From positions 1,178,001 through 1,242,000 of the forward strand of contig JASVEC010000011.1 of NCBI GenBank assembly GCA_030770535.1: a DNA stretch of 64,000 bases, written 5' to 3'. The position numbers were made by a program, and so were the translations under genes. Positions 23,853 to 37,852 of this stretch are shown here, in pieces. The notes beneath the pieces are model-generated. The model was not told the DNA's origin. It did no database searches and was given only the letters and a program-made list of their open reading frames with translations. Position 1 is the stretch's first letter. Every line of letters starts with the position of its first letter. This DNA comes from Batkoa obscura. Its lineage: Eukaryota.

Positions 23853-26800
23853 TTACTGTTTTGGCTTTAATCCTGAAATAAAGTTATCCAAATCAAACTC
23901 TTCTTCATACTGCTTCTCATCCCATAATTTTTCTAAACCTTCAAGGACCTTAGCTCCAGGTACGCCTGTGTTGGTGCTTTCCTGGTTTGGTTCATCTTTA
24001 ATTTCCAATGGGTTAGTAGTAGGAGCAGAGAAAAGATCAAACAGTTGATTAGTGTTCATAGATCCCAGGCCAGAATTCTGTTGATTTACAACTGAGTTGG
24101 CTATGTTAAGTTTGAATCTTTGTAGCCCCATAATCTTTTCTTCCAAAGTATCTCTAGTAATAAGTCGGTAAACATTAACTACTTTTTTTTGTCCGATTCT
24201 ATGTGCACGATCCATAGCTTGCATATCTTTCATTGGATTCCAATCATGCTCAACAAATATTACAGTATCAGCACCTGTTAAATTTAAACCTAAACCGCCA
24301 ACGTGGGTAGTAAGAAGTAATAGATCAATCGAAGGATCTTGATTAAACTCCACAACTATATTATGTCTTTTAGAAGCTTCTATTCCACCATCTATCTTAA
24401 GGTAAGTTACATTCGGTAGGTGTCTATGCAATAAATCTTTTTCAACTAGCTCCAACATAACTTTATGTTGGAAAAATATCAATGCACGATGTTGTGAAAC
24501 TGCCCCTGAAACAATTTGTTCTTCGGTATTTTCACCCTGTAAGCCGATCCCACAGTCGTTTAATAGTTGCCTATGATTAGTTGTAAATGAGTTAAATTTA
24601 AAAGATATGATAGATTTACTTTAAAGCCAATAATTTTGGTGCATGTACTAAATCATGCAAATGTGAAATATCACCCACTTTGGACATGATGTTATTATAT
24701 TGTGGGTGCTTAGGAGTCAAGGCCAACAATGGATGATTACAAAGTTTACGAATATATTGTAATGCTTGGAAAATATGTGTCTTTTTCTCTGGTTGATTCC
24801 CTTCATTTTGGCCATCGTCAATAACAGAAACACTTCCTTGGTTTTGGCTCTTTGAAAAGTCATCATAAAGTTGTTTTTGAACCTCACCAAGATCACAATA
24901 ATAATCTTGAATAATTTTAGGTGGAAGATCATCCAAAACGTCTTCTTTAAGGCGTCGAAGTAAGAAAGGCAAAACCTGTTTATGAAGCGCTTCAAGTGCT
25001 AAAGCGCCTGCTTCTTGCTCTTTTGATGAGCTTTTTGCTTCTCTAGAAGCCAAAATAGGCTTGGAATACATTTCATTAAAAGATTTCTCAGTGCCCAAAA
25101 ATCCTGGCATTAAGAAATCAAATAAAGACCATAATTCTAGTACGTTGTTTTGAATAGGGGTACCAGACAAAATCAAACGGTGATTTGCCTTTATTTGTTT
25201 AATAGCTTTGGTAATTTTGGTTTTACCATTCTTAATAATATGGCCTTCATCTAAAATACAATAATTCCAATGATACTTTGATAATTCCTCAATATCATTA
25301 CGTATGATCTCATAAGACATTATAACAACATCGCGCTGTGGAATTAAGTGTGCAATTCTTCTTCTTTCAAATAAAACACCACTATAGCACAATGGCCTAA
25401 GGTTTGTAGTATATGTGTTAATTTCGTGATACCAATGTGGAATTAGAGTTGTTGGGCAAATTACTAAAGAAGGTAGGTGGTTTTGATCTGGATTATTGGT
25501 CTTTTTAAATAAAGCCGCTCTTGTATATTGATCACTTGCTAACATACAGATCGATTGGAGTGTTTTTCCTAAACCCATATCATCACAAAGTATTCCATGA
25601 AGCTGATAACGATTTAAAAACGCAAGCCAATTAACACCTTCTTGCTGATAACTTCGAAGCTCAGCATTGATTTTGATTGGTATATTAAAAGACTCAAGTT
25701 GTTTAGCATCTAGTAGTTGGTTTATGAACCTTCTTTCAGACGAACGTTGTTCTATAAGTTCAATAGGGAAATCCTCGGGGTCCGGCATTCCAGATTCTAG
25801 TGGAATCAAATTGATTAAAAGAGCAAAGCAGTTTGAAGCAACAAGTCTAACATGATCATCATTATCACTCATGCGCCCTAAAATAGGAACAACTAGGAAT
25901 ATCACATAAGGTAAAATTTTAGTCTCTAATGTTTGCACAGTAAAATAAATAGCTTCGGCAAACCCTTGTCTATTTATGACATTTGAATGGTCCATCAAAA
26001 GCGGAAGGCCAGTAGAAACAAGAGCTTGCATGCACGGGGATAAAAGAACATCACATAGCACTGAAAAACATTTTGCAGCCATATGGCGAATAACAGAATA
26101 GGGACTTTGTAAGCACCTTAAAACCCAAGGGATAGTAGGCCTAATTTCTTCTAATAGAGAAGCATCTAAATAATGTACGATTGTTGACAAAATATGAAGA
26201 CCGTCTACTATATCTTCAGCTAAGTCAAGATCCCTTTCTAAAGTATCATAAAATACATCTTTATCACTTTCCATCAAACTTTGGAGTCTTGAAAACATGA
26301 GCTCCCAAAGCTTTGGGACTTTTTCAAAGAGTTTAGGGCCGAAGCTCTTACAAAATTGTTCAAGACAAAGCTCAGATCCTCTTCTTACAAATTTAGAATC
26401 AAGGCTGTTATTAGGATCGGATTGTCCTATATTAATACATGGCCTACCTCTTCCCCTCACAATTGGGCCTTGTACAACTGAAAGCGAATAGATTTCTTCT
26501 TTTGTAAGATTATCTCGCACACGTGGAGTAACTGAAGTGTCTGAGCAAATGAATGTGCATAAATTACGTACTATTTTATTAGTTGGGTTGATTTTAGGGT
26601 TGATAGTTGATAAAAGGTAAATTAATCTACTTAAGCCAATAGAAGAGCGTATTTGTAATTCCTGGTTTGGTTCTTTTTTAATTGAATTCATCATAGATGT
26701 AATAATGGGGGAAAGTTTAGGTGGAAGTATTTCTAAAGTGGTTACGGCGCAAGAGATAGCGGATGTCACTTGTGTTTTTATTCCAAAAACAAAATCTTCG

Positions 26801-29537
26801 TACGCGCCCATGGCAATCAACACTCTCTTCTTTCTATCTTCTAAGTTGCTTATTGAGTTTTTATTAGCAGAAAGGATAATTTGATCATATATTTGTGTTA
26901 CAAAGTATCTACAAACATCAATTGTAAAATTGTTTTGAGCTTCCCCTTCAACATAGCTAGGAAGAGCAGGTATAATAGAAGGATCAACACCTCCTTCCAT
27001 TGTTGCAGTATTCAAAAGTGCAAGCAGCTCAGAACGAAGCTGTCTTAAATGTGGAATACATTCAATTAGCGTAATTTTATTACTGAGCTCAAGTTGATCT
27101 ACAAGCATCTTGGATAGTGATTCTTTGATAGGAGAGCCATTTACAATAGTTTGATTTTCTATAAACCATTCTTCAATTATTGCTGCAGATAAATGCTGAT
27201 GCATCCCCCAAGCTGATTGTATGTAGAATCCCAAAGAGCCATCAAATAATAAAGCAATTTCATCTGTTGGAAGTACTTTCATTAATGTACCTAAAGCTTT
27301 AGCACCACGTAAACGATTAAGTAATACTTTATCTTTAGAAATCAAGGCAAAATCCTGAGAAAGCATCCCGGAATCAACATTATGGGTTGACCCAGGTCCC
27401 TGTTTATCGCCGAGGTTCGATCCTGGTTTTGGAAGGAATATAAGATTTAAGTCAATTTGAGTGCCTAATGGCGTCATTAAAATAAGGAACCATTTTGGAA
27501 CGCAATCTCTAATAATCGGATAAAATGACGTTGGATTAAGCTTAATTTTTTCCATAATCATTCTCCATAAAACTTCAGATTGATCCAATGTTTTTTCTTT
27601 TTCTTCAAACAAAATGTTTTGAAACACAAGTTTGAAAACACGATCATCGACCCATCCACAATCTTGGTCCGCATCAAGGAAAAGTTGAAGAGTATCCAAA
27701 ACTGCCAATCTAACTGAAGAAATCGTATGTCTGAAAAATGGGAAAAGCACTGGAACTAAATTGGCCAAGGCAAATGTGTTATTTTCTTTAGCTAAATCTT
27801 GGAATGATTGAAGGATTTTTGGATAAGAAAAGAGGCGAGCTAAAAGATCCATAACGCTACTAGTTGAAGCAGATAAATCATCTTTTGCGTCTTTCAAATT
27901 TAACCATAATATAGTAGCGACTTTAATTGCTTTATCTGGCATCAAATTTACAAACTGTTCAGTTACTGGTAAAATCGAAGCTGCGGAAACCCCTCTAACA
28001 TCATCATCCCCATCATCCAAACAAAATATGATTGCGTCTATTGTTACCTTTAACAAGGGTTCAACAAGATCAGTTCGGACTGCAATTAAATATTTTAGTC
28101 CTAATAAGCCAGCATGCCTAGATTCCCACTGGGTAATGGATAATTCATCTTGTGCATTCGTTTTATTTAAATCTTGGCCTTGGGCTACAAGGTTTAAAAG
28201 CCCAGTTTGTGTTTTAAATACAAGCTCTGGTGGGAGATATTGAATTAAAGTTCCAAGGGTTTGGGAACAAGTTTCTCTAACAGGTGCTACAACGGAATCT
28301 GAAACGAAATCCCCAAAACGGTCAAGAGCAAAGACACATAATAACCTAATACAAACGTCTTCCAACCATTCCTCGTGCAATATGTCATTTTTGTCTTTAG
28401 ATAACCCCGCGATTTTCCCTGCATCATTTCCATGATATTTTAAGATCTCACGAAGCCCGATAGCAGCACCATGACGTACAACCCAGTTAGGGTCAAATAA
28501 ATCTATGCACAAAGTTTCACAGAATTCTTCAAATGGCCACTCTCTTGGATCCTCTACAATTTCCATAGAAACTTTTGATTCTACTATAACTTTACCATTA
28601 TTAATATCATTACCAGCGTTCGAGGAAGTTTGCTTAATCTGGGAATCAACAGTTGCACGTTTTTGGGGGGCTTGAATGCGTTTTCTCGATTCAAGTATTT
28701 TATCTTTAGCTTCTTTTTTATTTTTTCTCTTCAATCGGTTTCTTTCACGTGCACTTAATGCTGACATGTCTATTTCTTCTTTTGGAGAAGGAGCTCTAGG
28801 TGGTTGAATTTCAGCTTTAACTGTTGTATCAATGTCATCCAAAAAGTCGTCTATTTGAAAGTGAGAAAACGTAAAACTATAATATTATTTACTAACCTTC
28901 TATAAAATCTGATCCAATTCCTAGGTTCTTTTTTAAATTTTTCTTTAAATGTTCCATACGTTCATTTGGAGCTAGGTTGGACATATCTAAGTCATATTCC
29001 TTTTATGTTTTTAGTTATTTAATTACAAATGTTAAAAATAAAATACGATTCCAGCTGAAGCAAGTAATTTCTTTCCTTTTTTCATCACATTTAATATATC
29101 AAACTCTTTGAATGTTAAAACGGATTTTGTAACTGCTTCTGGAGGAGGCATATCTATTTAAAATGTTATAAACCATTTGATAATTCATAATAGATCAAAC
29201 CTTCTATTTTGACATCAGGATCCCAAGTTGAAGCATTTTTAGCAATTGCCCCAATCGCTTGTCCTGCAGCAATTCTAGTTTCCCAAGTTGAAGATCTTAA
29301 ATGAACAGATACCTTGAATTATTAGCTTAAAATTTATAAACAATTATGATCCTACCCTTCCTAATAAATTTTTCAACTCTCCCGGATGCTGTTTCATAAT
29401 ATCTCCCAACTGATTAGCCGCAGTTGTTCTGACACCAGAGGCAGAACCAGTATCAAGCAACAGGATTAAGCGTTCCAGTCTTTAATTATGATTAGACATA
29501 TCAAATATCAAATATTTATAAACTACCTTGAAGCCAT
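23853..29537 (-). CDS. MOT1: TBP-associated SNF2-family ATPase Mot1/BTAF1 (multi-exon)
   Basis: MASRLERLILLLDTGS start; DRFGDFVSD..APVRE; CDDMGLGKTLQ; LDEGH; QAMDRAHRIGQKKVVNVYRLI. Confidence 0.96.
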
Positions 29538-30937
29538 TTCTCAATTCTTGATTAAATATAAGTGTTTTAAGTAATAACAAGAGTTAACTAAAGTTTGAGT
29601 AGTAAAACGAAATAAACTAAAGTAGTGTTTTGTTTTAATATTGTATTTGATGTCCTAGAATAAGGGGTCCTAAGTAGTAGTAGTACTACCCGCTATGTAT
29701 AGGGGTTTTAAGATTTTATCATTTTTCGCCTTTTATACTTATTGATGAGGAAACAATGTCTCTTTGAGTACTGACCTACCCTTATTCGCTCTCTAGAACT
29801 TAGCTTTCATTTAAATTAAGTTCCTCCTTTTTGATTGGATTATAAGGCTTATGCAGCAAATAAAGAATAAAGAAATCATTTTAATTCAAAGCTAAGCCAA
29901 TTAAATATGTTTCTATTTCATGGAATAATTTAATAACTAGTAAATACATCTGTTAGAACTTTGTTAATGGCCTAATTAGCTGTTTATTTAAGAGTAATAT
30001 TTTGCTAAACTTTAATTTTTGGCTAAAAAAGCCATATAAATAAATAACTAGATCTAAAAATCATCGCAAATTAAGTCGCAATAGAGCTACAGCAGCTATA
30101 TTGCTAACAAAACTCAACCTTACAGCTAAATTTCACTTTCCTGTATAAGTAACAACATCAGAAAGTACCTTTAGATTTATCTACTGTTAACAGTTTACTA
30201 CCCTTAAAAGTGCTTGAATGTTTGTCAAGTCTGATTTTCAAAGCTTATGGTAATATATTACGGATTGGCTGTTAATTATTAATATATAAGTCAATAAACC
30301 GACTTGAAAATTTATAAACTTTTGAGAATAAATGTAAGTGTTTATGGCAAATAGTATACATAAATTTTTAAGCCACAATATGATTAATGATGAATGTTTT
30401 AATATATTGAAAACACTAGCAACTATTGTGAACCAAGTTTCATCCATCAAATACAATATAATACAGAGTTTTATTATAAGACTTGTTTGAAGTTTCAATA
30501 GTTAGTTTTTTACTTGAATTTCAAGTTTAATTTTTGGGAATTTTTTGTTTAGCACAAAATTTTATTCTCAAAATTATACCATAGCAAATATTGGTTCTAA
30601 AGATACAATATATAAACAATACCTCACCGAAAGGTGCTCAGATATAAAGCTAATAGTAGGTTGGTATATATTATATGGTAGGTAGTAGCAAATTCATGCA
30701 TCTATGAGTTGTAAATATTACTCTAGGAAGTATTTATCTCAAAACCCTCATATAATTTACTAAATAAATTTAACCACTTTAGTTATCAAATGGGTATTTA
30801 TTAATTTGACATAAAGTTGAAACATTTTGTTTGATTGGTTGAAGTTTAGCAATAGTTATTTTCGCTAATATTAAAGTACAAAATATTCATATCTTTAATC
30901 TTTATTATTAGACAATCTCATTAATCCTATCAATTCA

Positions 30938-31993
30938 ATGTCTTCCAACTCGATTAAAATCTTTGCTGGTAACTCACACCCGGAATTAGCAAACCTCATT
31001 GCAAAGTTAGTTTACCACTAATTTTTTAATAAAAATTAAAATTTATTTTATAGACGCATTGGTGTGCAAGTAGCAAAATCTAATGTACGCAAGTTTTCAA
31101 ACCAAGAAACTTCAGTAACCATTGGTGAGTCGGTACGTGATGAAGACGTTTTTATTATTCAATCTGGATGTGGTGAGATCAATGATAATCTTATGGAACT
31201 CTTGATTATGATTAACGCTTGTAAAACGGCCTCTGCTCGTCGTATCACAGCCGTCATTCCTTGTTTCCCTTATGCAAGACAAGATAAAAAGGATAAATCC
31301 CGCGCACCTATATCTGCAAAGCTCATTGCTAATATGCTTACTGTTGCTGGGGCTAACCACGTAATTACTATGGACCTTCATGCTTCCCAAATCCAAGGTT
31401 TTTTTAACATCCCTGTTGATAACCTTTATGCTGAACCTTCAACTCTTAAATACATTAGAGAAAACATTCCTGAGTGGAAAAATGCCATTATTGTATCCCC
31501 AGATGCTGGTGGTGCTAAAAGGTATAATAATATTTAATTATCTATACAAAATATAATTTTTGATAGAGCTACTGCCATTGCTGATCGTTTAGACTTAGAT
31601 TTCGCCCTTATCCATAAGGAGCGTAAGAAGGCTAACGAGGTATCTCGTATGGTTTTGGTTGGAGATGTTAAAGATAAGATTGCTATTCTCGTTGACGATA
31701 TGGCAGATACTTGTGGTACTTTAGGATTGGCAGCCAAAACTCTAGTTGAAAATGGAGCTAAAGAAGTTTATGCCATTGTAACCCATGGTATATTATCTGG
31801 AAAAGCAATCAAGGTAATTAACGATTCAATGTTGACTAAAGTAGTAGTTACCAATACTATTCCACATGAGGATAAATTAGAGATTTGTCCTAAACTTGAT
31901 TTTATTGATATTTCTGCTACTTTGGCTGAGGCTATTCGTCGTACTCACAATGGAGAGTCCATCTCTTACCTCTTCTCTCATGTACCAGAATAA
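30938..31993 (+). CDS. PRS: Ribose-phosphate pyrophosphokinase (2 introns)
   Basis: [60 protein letters not shown]. Confidence 0.96.
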
Positions 31994-32839
31994 TTGATCT
32001 TATTTCATTTACATTATTGTTTATAGATATAAAATACTAAAATTAATCGATATTATTATTTGAATGTATGCTTAAATTAATCAGATGGGCTAATTAAATG
32101 TTATCTCTGGGTGTATTTATGATTAGTTTAAGTTCCAATAGGTAGTAAGTTAATTAAATAATCTATTGTATTATTGAACTATAATTTTGTTATATGGATT
32201 AGATTCGTTAAAAACTAGCATCATACATTCTTCAAATATATTATGTATTTTTCAAGATAAATATTATGTTAAATAGGACAAATAGCAATGTATAATTGTT
32301 AAAAGCTCCTATTTATTCGAAATTCTTGAAAGACCAATGCTGGGTGTCTTATTTGGTCAAGACAAAAATGAGTTCAACAAAATCAAAAAATAATAGTAGG
32401 AAGGCCCTTGAATAAACTGATTTATGGTAATTTGGAAAGTAGTTTGAAGTGAAACTAAGGAAATCATTAGTTGTGGAAACTTATTTTTATAAAATATTGT
32501 TTTATTAATTTGATAATTATGTTATAATGATTATTTAAATTAATTATAACAGTAATTGTATCTTTATAGTTAGTTTGATTATAACTTAGATAATGAATTT
32601 AATTAAATTTGAGCAATTTTACTATCAAAATTAAATATGCTTTTAAATTTATGCACAATTAATTTAATTCATATTTATTTATATTTATTTATATCTATTA
32701 TAAAAGTTTTTGCTTTTTAATTGTAAAAACATTATCTTTACATTTTAATGTCTATATTTAATATTTGTAATATAGAAACATAACTTTTATTATATTTTAT
32801 ATATATAATATTTTAATAAAAATTGCTATATTAGCAAGA

Positions 32840-33033
32840 ATTTTACTAATATAACTCACATTAATAATGTAATTATAATATTAAAATAATTCATTTATTT
32901 ATTTAATAGCAAATCTGAAATATTAGCTATAAAGCAGTCAATAATAAATATTTTTCAACAAAGCTTTATAAAAATATATTTATATTTATATATTATAATT
33001 ACATTATCAATATATGAGTTACATTAGTAAAAT
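32840..33033. repeat. Degenerate fold-back element with ~41 bp inverted arms in an AT-rich island
   Basis: ATTTTACTAATATAACTCACATTAATAATGTAATTATAATA vs TATTATAATTACATTATCAATATATGAGTTACATTAGTAAAAT. Confidence 0.65.
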
Positions 33034-33038
33034 AACAT

Positions 33039-33135
33039 AATAATATATTTTTTTTGTTTAAAAATTTTATTAATAGCTCTTTTGCTCAAATAATGCTTAA
33101 AAAATAAAAAAGTGAAAAATAAAAAAACATCTTTT
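33039..33135 (+). mobile_element. MITE family A, copy 7 (heavily C->T/G->A mutated)
   Basis: TTTTGTTTAAAAATTTTATTAAT...CTCAAATAATGCTTAAAAAATAAAAAAGTG...AAACATCTTTT aligns with the family consensus. Confidence 0.75.
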
Positions 33136-33785
33136 ATATAAGGATATCTAAATTGGTTTCAGAATTTAATTAAAAATTAATCTAAATTTTAAGTTTTTAA
33201 TTTACAAGTCTTATATAATTAGTTAAATTTAGAAAGCTTAAAATTAAATAAAAAAATTAATTTAAAAACTTATTTTAATTGTTTTATTCTTTTCAAATAA
33301 TTAAAAAATTTAATTTTATATTTTATATTATATTTACTAAATGTTTAATGGATATATAATATATAATTATATAATTATTTGACTTTACTTTTTATTAAAG
33401 TAAAAACAAAATGCAAGCTTTTATAAATATCTATAATAACTCAGAGTTTACGGAATTTTATAATAAAATAGAAGAAAAGAAATAAAAATTAATCAGTAGC
33501 ATTATTATTAACTATAGCTTCAGTATACTATTTTAATGAATATAGAAGTTTTGGAGTTAATATAAATAAAAATCGATATAATTATTTGAAAATAATTAAT
33601 AATAATAAAATACCAATATTACAACTTATTACTAAAAATACAAAAAAATTAATAATGAGCAAATTAAAATTATTATATAATATTTACCTAATAATTGAAC
33701 TATTTTATCAATATTTAATAAAAAAATAATGGTAATAAATATTTATCAGATAATATATATATTAAATAAAAATAAAAATAAAAAT

Positions 33786-33825
33786 AAAAAAATGTAAAAA
33801 GTAATGAAGCCAAAAAAACACCCCC
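33786..33825 (+). mobile_element. MITE family A, copy 8 (3' half only)
   Basis: TAAAAAAATGTAAAAAGTAATGAAGCCAAAAAAACACCCCC followed by ATAT. Confidence 0.75.
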
Positions 33826-34306
33826 ATATATAGTAAATATTTTAATGATTTAAAGAGTAAAGCAGTAGCTAAGTTAACATTTTTTAAATATATACTAAGT
33901 GATTTTAAAAATCCAGCAAAAACAGATTTATGTAATATGTGTCCTAATATGCAGTTGGAAAAAAATTATCTGAAAATAAAATAAATACGGCAATGAAAAA
34001 TAAAGCAAAGGTAAAGTCTTTTAATAAAGAAGAAAAGTTATACAAATTACATGAATTTTATATTAATACTTGAAAAAAAACATATTTAATAAAACTATTA
34101 AAAAATTAAATAATAAAAGTTGTACAATATTTTTAGACTTTAAACAAAATATAAAAATAAAACCAGGTTTAATAAATTTAGATAATTATAATAAACAAGC
34201 TATATCAGTATTAAAGTTTGGTATTTTATATTTAAAAAATAATAAAACAGCAAGTAAAATTTATTTTGATTATTTATCTGAAATATTAAATCATGATTCA
34301 GCATAT

Positions 34307-34405
34307 GGGGATGTTTTTTTTGATTTTGTTACTTTTTCTATTTTTTAAGTGCTATTTGAGCGGAAAACGTGTTAGTAAATTTCTTAAACAAAAAAATACA
34401 TCCTC
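34307..34405 (-). mobile_element. MITE family A, copy 9, nested in the transposase relic
   Basis: GGGGATGT...ACATCCTC, ATAT on both sides; excision restores HDSAYV. Confidence 0.9.
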
Positions 34406-34991
34406 ATATGTTTTTTAGTTTAGCCACCTTTTTTAAATATAATATTATCAATTTAATATAAACTTTTCAACTCTGAAAATAACAGATAAGCTGTTGAATG
34501 TCTTCCAAAAATCTAATGAATATCTTTCTCATATTGCGTTTCAACATTGTACTCAATGGCCGTTTTTTCTTTTTTCTATATACACCTAAAAATGAGGTAT
34601 TTAGAAGGTTAAATATTGTCATTAGATTTTTTTTTAAAATAGAGACACTAAGCAATAATCAAGAATATACTGATATACGAAAGATATTTAGAAGTAAAAA
34701 ATAATTGGAAGCTATAAAACTTAATAAACTTATTTAAATACGTTTAAACATATAACAATTGAACTTTCAATTTAGTGACTGATATGATAAATTTCAATTT
34801 GTTATATATTATCTAATATTTAATATTTAACTATGAAACTCAATGTTATTATACGTTCTACTAACAACTATACTTTAACACATTTATAGACAGAAGCATA
34901 TTAACAAACTATTGTCTAACTAACTAAATATTAATCCAATAAAAATCAACTCAAACAAGTTGAAAATCTTACATAATTAACACGATTCAAT

Positions 34992-37044
34992 TTAATTTTT
35001 ACTTAACTCATATAAATCCAATAAAAATTGATCTTGTAAAATAACATGAGTTGAACCCAATAAAGCAGTGTCCTTTTCCTTAATAAATGCCTCATTAAAT
35101 TTGTTAATTAATTTGACTTCTGATAAAGTAACACCACCTAGTATAAATGTTATTGTTTTTTTATGTCCTTTTTCTTTAGTTTGTAAAATTGAAGGTGGGT
35201 TTAAATAGGGGAATTCGGAAAAACTGAGAGTGTTATTATACAAATTTAATAATATAGATTTTAAGTGCAAGGTATCACAATTAATAGATTGTTCTTCTTT
35301 TAATAATTTAAAATTGATGATCTCATCAATTTTACCTTCAATAGGTCCCATATGCCAATCTTTAATTTTAATTATACTTTCATCCTCTGTTGATTCCTAT
35401 AACAAAAGAACATAATTGTTACTATAAACATAATAAAATATTAATTAATTAATTAATTACCATTGTCATTGGTCCATTTTTAACATAACTAATATTAGAT
35501 ATTGAATTGGAATAAATGTGATTTTTTATTTCAGATATTATTTCAAGACGATATCGATCATCAAATATAGTTGGATGATTTAACAAATATAAACTTAATA
35601 TTCTTACTTTATCTTTTAATCTTATATTATCTTGAAGTAAAATATCAATTAAATTAGTTAACAATAGATTATGTTGTTCAATTGAATCTTCTTTATTAAT
35701 AGAAGTTAGTCCCTATATACAAGACAAAAGTTGAATGATAGGATTAATATAAGAGAAAAACAATAATAGCAAAACTTACCTTTTGTAATGGAGCTATTAA
35801 ATTTAAACTTCTTTCTTTAAATACATTAATACATTTATCAGTTAATAAAGTATGATTTTTTAATAAATTGGAACTTTGTTTGACTTGAGGTAATTGTTTT
35901 ACTGCATTCTTTAATTCATTTAAATTCTTTTCATCTTCTTTAATTTCTCTATAATAATTTATAAATTTTTATTATTGGTTTATCTGTATTATATATATAT
36001 ATTAAATCTTACCCCGTAATAAATTGTTTTGCTGCTTGATTATTTTTTAATAGTTCATTGTATTGAGTTCTTATATATCTTGCTGCTTCGGTTATGCTTT
36101 TTAGTTTAATTTGTTGATAAACAAGATCATGATGATCTAAGTAGATTTCTTTTAATTCTCCTTTAGTATCTTCAAAGCTATTAGAAATAAATTATTATTA
36201 TTTGATTTATAAATGAGAGTATTGGATAATATTACCTAGGTACTTTATTATCTTCAAAACAAAATACATCTTTTAAATATGGCTCATAATAAAAGTTATA
36301 TAAAAATGGGGGATTTAAATCAAAAGATCGATCTAATAATAATAATATAGGCCTCTCAATATCCGATTCTTTAATATCATTGTCATTATAATATAAATTT
36401 AATTTATTATAAATCATATCAGCTAATAAATTCGTCAATCCAGATTTCTTTTGTTTATTCTCTTGATGATATCGAATAATAGGAAACATATTAAAATTCA
36501 TCAAGAATTGGCAAATATTCTCTGCTATTAAGTCTAATGAATTTATCAACTCTTTATGTCTTGTTAAAGGTGAATATAGGTTTTGAAAAGCTATCTTTTT
36601 ATCCATTAATAAATTTAAAAAATACTTTTCTTCTGGTACAAAATTACAATAAAACTCATTCAATGTCACTATCTTATTTGTTTTATTTAACTGAATTAAC
36701 TTTTCAAACATCTCATCTTTTATTGTATCTAAAAATAATAAATGAAATTGAAAATATTTAGCTATACCATCCACATTAATATCTTTTTTAATTAACTCTA
36801 AATTCTCTATACTTGGATAAATAAAATAAATAGCTTCCATTGTAATAAAACTTTCTCTTTGAATTTCAATGTTTTCTATTAGTGTAATAGCTTCTTCATT
36901 TAACTCTAATAAATTAAATAGACTACTAATCAGTTTTTGACTTTTAAAATCTAATATTAATGTCTTCCATCGTTGTTTGGTTTTAATTCCTCTTATTAAG
37001 TTTAATATCTTCTGTTTGTAATGTAAGCGAATGTCAAAGCTCAT
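34992..37044 (-). CDS. SEC1: Sec1/Munc18 family protein (about 5 exons)
   Basis: RWKTLILD, ITLIENIEIQRE..MEAIYFI, ILLLLDRSFDLNPPFLY, VKQLPQV, DKVRIL, ITFILGGVTLSE. Confidence 0.8.
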
Positions 37045-37467
37045 TTGAAATTTAGTGAAAATTGCTTATAAAAAACAAAAAAAGTATTTTGATTTATTTT
37101 TATATATTAAAAGTTATTTGGAGCAACTAAATATTATTAAATTAATTGGATTAATTTCGAAAAGTGATATTACCTTTTTAATCACTACAAATTACTATAT
37201 ATAGTAAATTTTCAAAATTGGCTATTGAATTAATTTATTTAAAAATTTTATTATTTTATAATGTAATATTTATATATATTATTATATATTAGGTATTTCT
37301 ATATGTTTTTTTCATTTTTAAGTAAAAGTTGGCAAGCATATTATTAGTTATAACAAAAAATAGAATTTTATAAAAATACTTAATAAAGGCTTAATTTTTA
37401 ACAAATATCTTTGTCTAATATTTTCAAACATCTTATTTAATCAATAAAAACAATAATATCAAATTTA

Positions 37468-37498
<31 letters not shown>

Positions 37499-37852
37499 CA
37501 TATTCAATTATTTTTAAAAAAAAGTTATTTAAATAAAAGCAACTTCCCACTTTTTTTAACTTAGTTTTTATTTTTTTTTGTTTGGAATTTTTTTTAACTA
37601 TAAACATTCAAATTCAGATCAAAAATTAATTTCTGCTTCAATTTTTCAGGCTTTATAGTTAAGATTTGCCCAAAAAAGAAAGAAACATAAAATACCTAAT
37701 ATCTGACAAATCATCTATCCAATTTATTTCCAAAATGATTGGTTTCTTAAAATTAGACTCAAACCCAAGCAATTAACAACATTTGTAAAAAAAAATTCCA
37801 TCCAAAAAAAACTTCATTCATTTTTCAATATTTTATCACTCAATATCTATCA

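Larger units (their letters stand above)
33411..34420 (+). pseudogene. Decayed DNA transposase, Sola2-like
   Basis: Ordered fragments VAKLTFFKYI..FKNPAKTDLCNMC (~33860-33942), LH...FN..I..L...CTIFLDFKQNI (~34050-34153), QAISVLKFG..YFDYLSEILNHDSAY|V. Stops, frameshifts and nested MITEs; the 5' boundary is approximate. Confidence 0.65.

Noticed and set aside
24717..28243. Short antisense or alternative-frame ORFs inside MOT1 (likewise in PRS, TKL and the transporters)
   Set aside because: Shadow ORFs of real genes with no motifs
30238..30498. MDETWF resembling the first Asp of a Tc1-type transposase
   Set aside because: No later D/E motifs or TIRs could be found
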